Positions 31,574-32,000 of a DNA stretch of 32,000 bases are shown piece by piece; positions within the stretch are counted from its first letter, which is position 1, and each line of letters opens with the position of its first letter. The position numbers and the translations under genes are program-made. This stretch comes from Candidatus Kuenenia stuttgartensis (GTDB taxonomy: Bacteria; Planctomycetota; Brocadiia; Brocadiales; Brocadiaceae). Below the pieces are notes generated by a model. It worked only from the letters and a program-made list of their open reading frames with translations, was not told the origin of the DNA and did not search any database. The stretch spans positions 2,160,001 to 2,192,000 of the forward strand of contig NZ_LT934425.1 in NCBI RefSeq assembly GCF_900232105.1, read 5' to 3'.

Positions 31574-31916
31574 GCGGGTTCAGGTTACAAACCAATGTCA
31601 TTAAGTTAAGAATTATTGTAACACTTTGGTTTAAAAAAAAACGTATTACCGATAAGCTCCGTAGGAGCAACCTGTTTGTAGTAGATAGAATACCATAACA
31701 GATATTAGCTCCGTCAGGAGCGGCCTGTCTTCCTGTCAATCATATACAGGCCGCTCCTACGGAGCTATTTACCTGTTGAATTTTATTGTGCTACAAACAG
31801 ACCGCCCCTAAAGGGGCTACATTGTTTTTTATATCCCCTTGAATTTTTCAAATAACTAAGGTGTTAAGAATTATTTTATTAAAAACAACCCCCTTTTCCC
31901 CCTTTATTAACTGGGG
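31574..31916. mobile_element. MITE family C copy (C2), interrupted by a family B MITE; right terminus not identified
   Basis: GCGGGTTCAGGTTACAAACCAATGTCATTAAGTTAAG matches the C1 terminus in reverse orientation. After the inserted element, the AAAAACAACCCCC...CCCCTTTATT region matches the C1 interior. Confidence 0.55.
31618..31867 (+). mobile_element. MITE family B (copy B3, 250 bp) nested in C2
   Basis: Its ends are GTAACACTTTGG... and ...CTAAGGTGTTAA. An 8-bp TSD GAATTATT lies at 31610-31617 and 31868-31875 (9 bp, AGAATTATT, if the last base is assigned to the TSD). The interior shares hairpin modules with B1 and B2. Confidence 0.8.
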
Positions 31917-32000
31917 ATGACCCATATTTTTTGCTGGACACCGTGTTAACCGTATGTTACACTGTGTACATGCATAGAGTAGGAGGTCGAATATTTTCAG

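Overview
Bacterial chromosomal window, about 40% GC by eye. The unusual gene fusions and the very high density of hairpin-rich miniature repeats are reminiscent of Planctomycetota/anammox-type genomes, but I cannot verify taxonomy from here.

Layout:
(1) 1-4.1 kb, accessory edge. It holds a small overlapping toxin-antitoxin-like pair, a MITE, and a 518-codon conserved hypothetical gene. That gene is split by a complete IS4-family element (21-bp TIRs, 11-bp TSD), and removing the IS restores the reading frame.
(2) 4.1-12.0 kb, a translationally coupled glycan-modification operon. It encodes a cupin, a four-helix-bundle (23S-IVS-type) gene broken by a MITE, a DegT-type aminotransferase, a SAM methyltransferase and a 1678-aa multidomain protein (sulfotransferase-like + GT-B-like + duplicated TPR + two GT2 + TPR).
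(3) 12.0-13.0 kb, nested MITEs.
(4) 13.0-17.7 kb, polA-coaE-rho on the minus strand.
(5) 17.7-20.0 kb, a lipocalin-like lipoprotein gene flanked by near-identical inverted MITE copies.
(6) 20.0-25.0 kb, a CBS protein, a decayed hypB, hydG, decayed type I R-M remnants and a HypC-HydE fusion gene.
(7) 25.1-29.9 kb, LOG, an orphan sdhB/frdB-like gene coupled to ftsY, a NusB-PHP fusion and ribH.
(8) 30.2-31.5 kb, TatC carrying an extra TM segment and a FecR-like C-terminal domain, followed by more nested MITEs.

The best candidate for something undescribed is the hydG / hypC-hydE / hypB-remnant locus. It mixes [FeFe]- and [NiFe]-type maturation parts, and no hydF or hydA is in view. The NusB-PHP and TatC-FecR fusions and the giant glyco-enzyme are secondary candidates.

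All functional calls rest on motif recognition from memory. No database search was possible.
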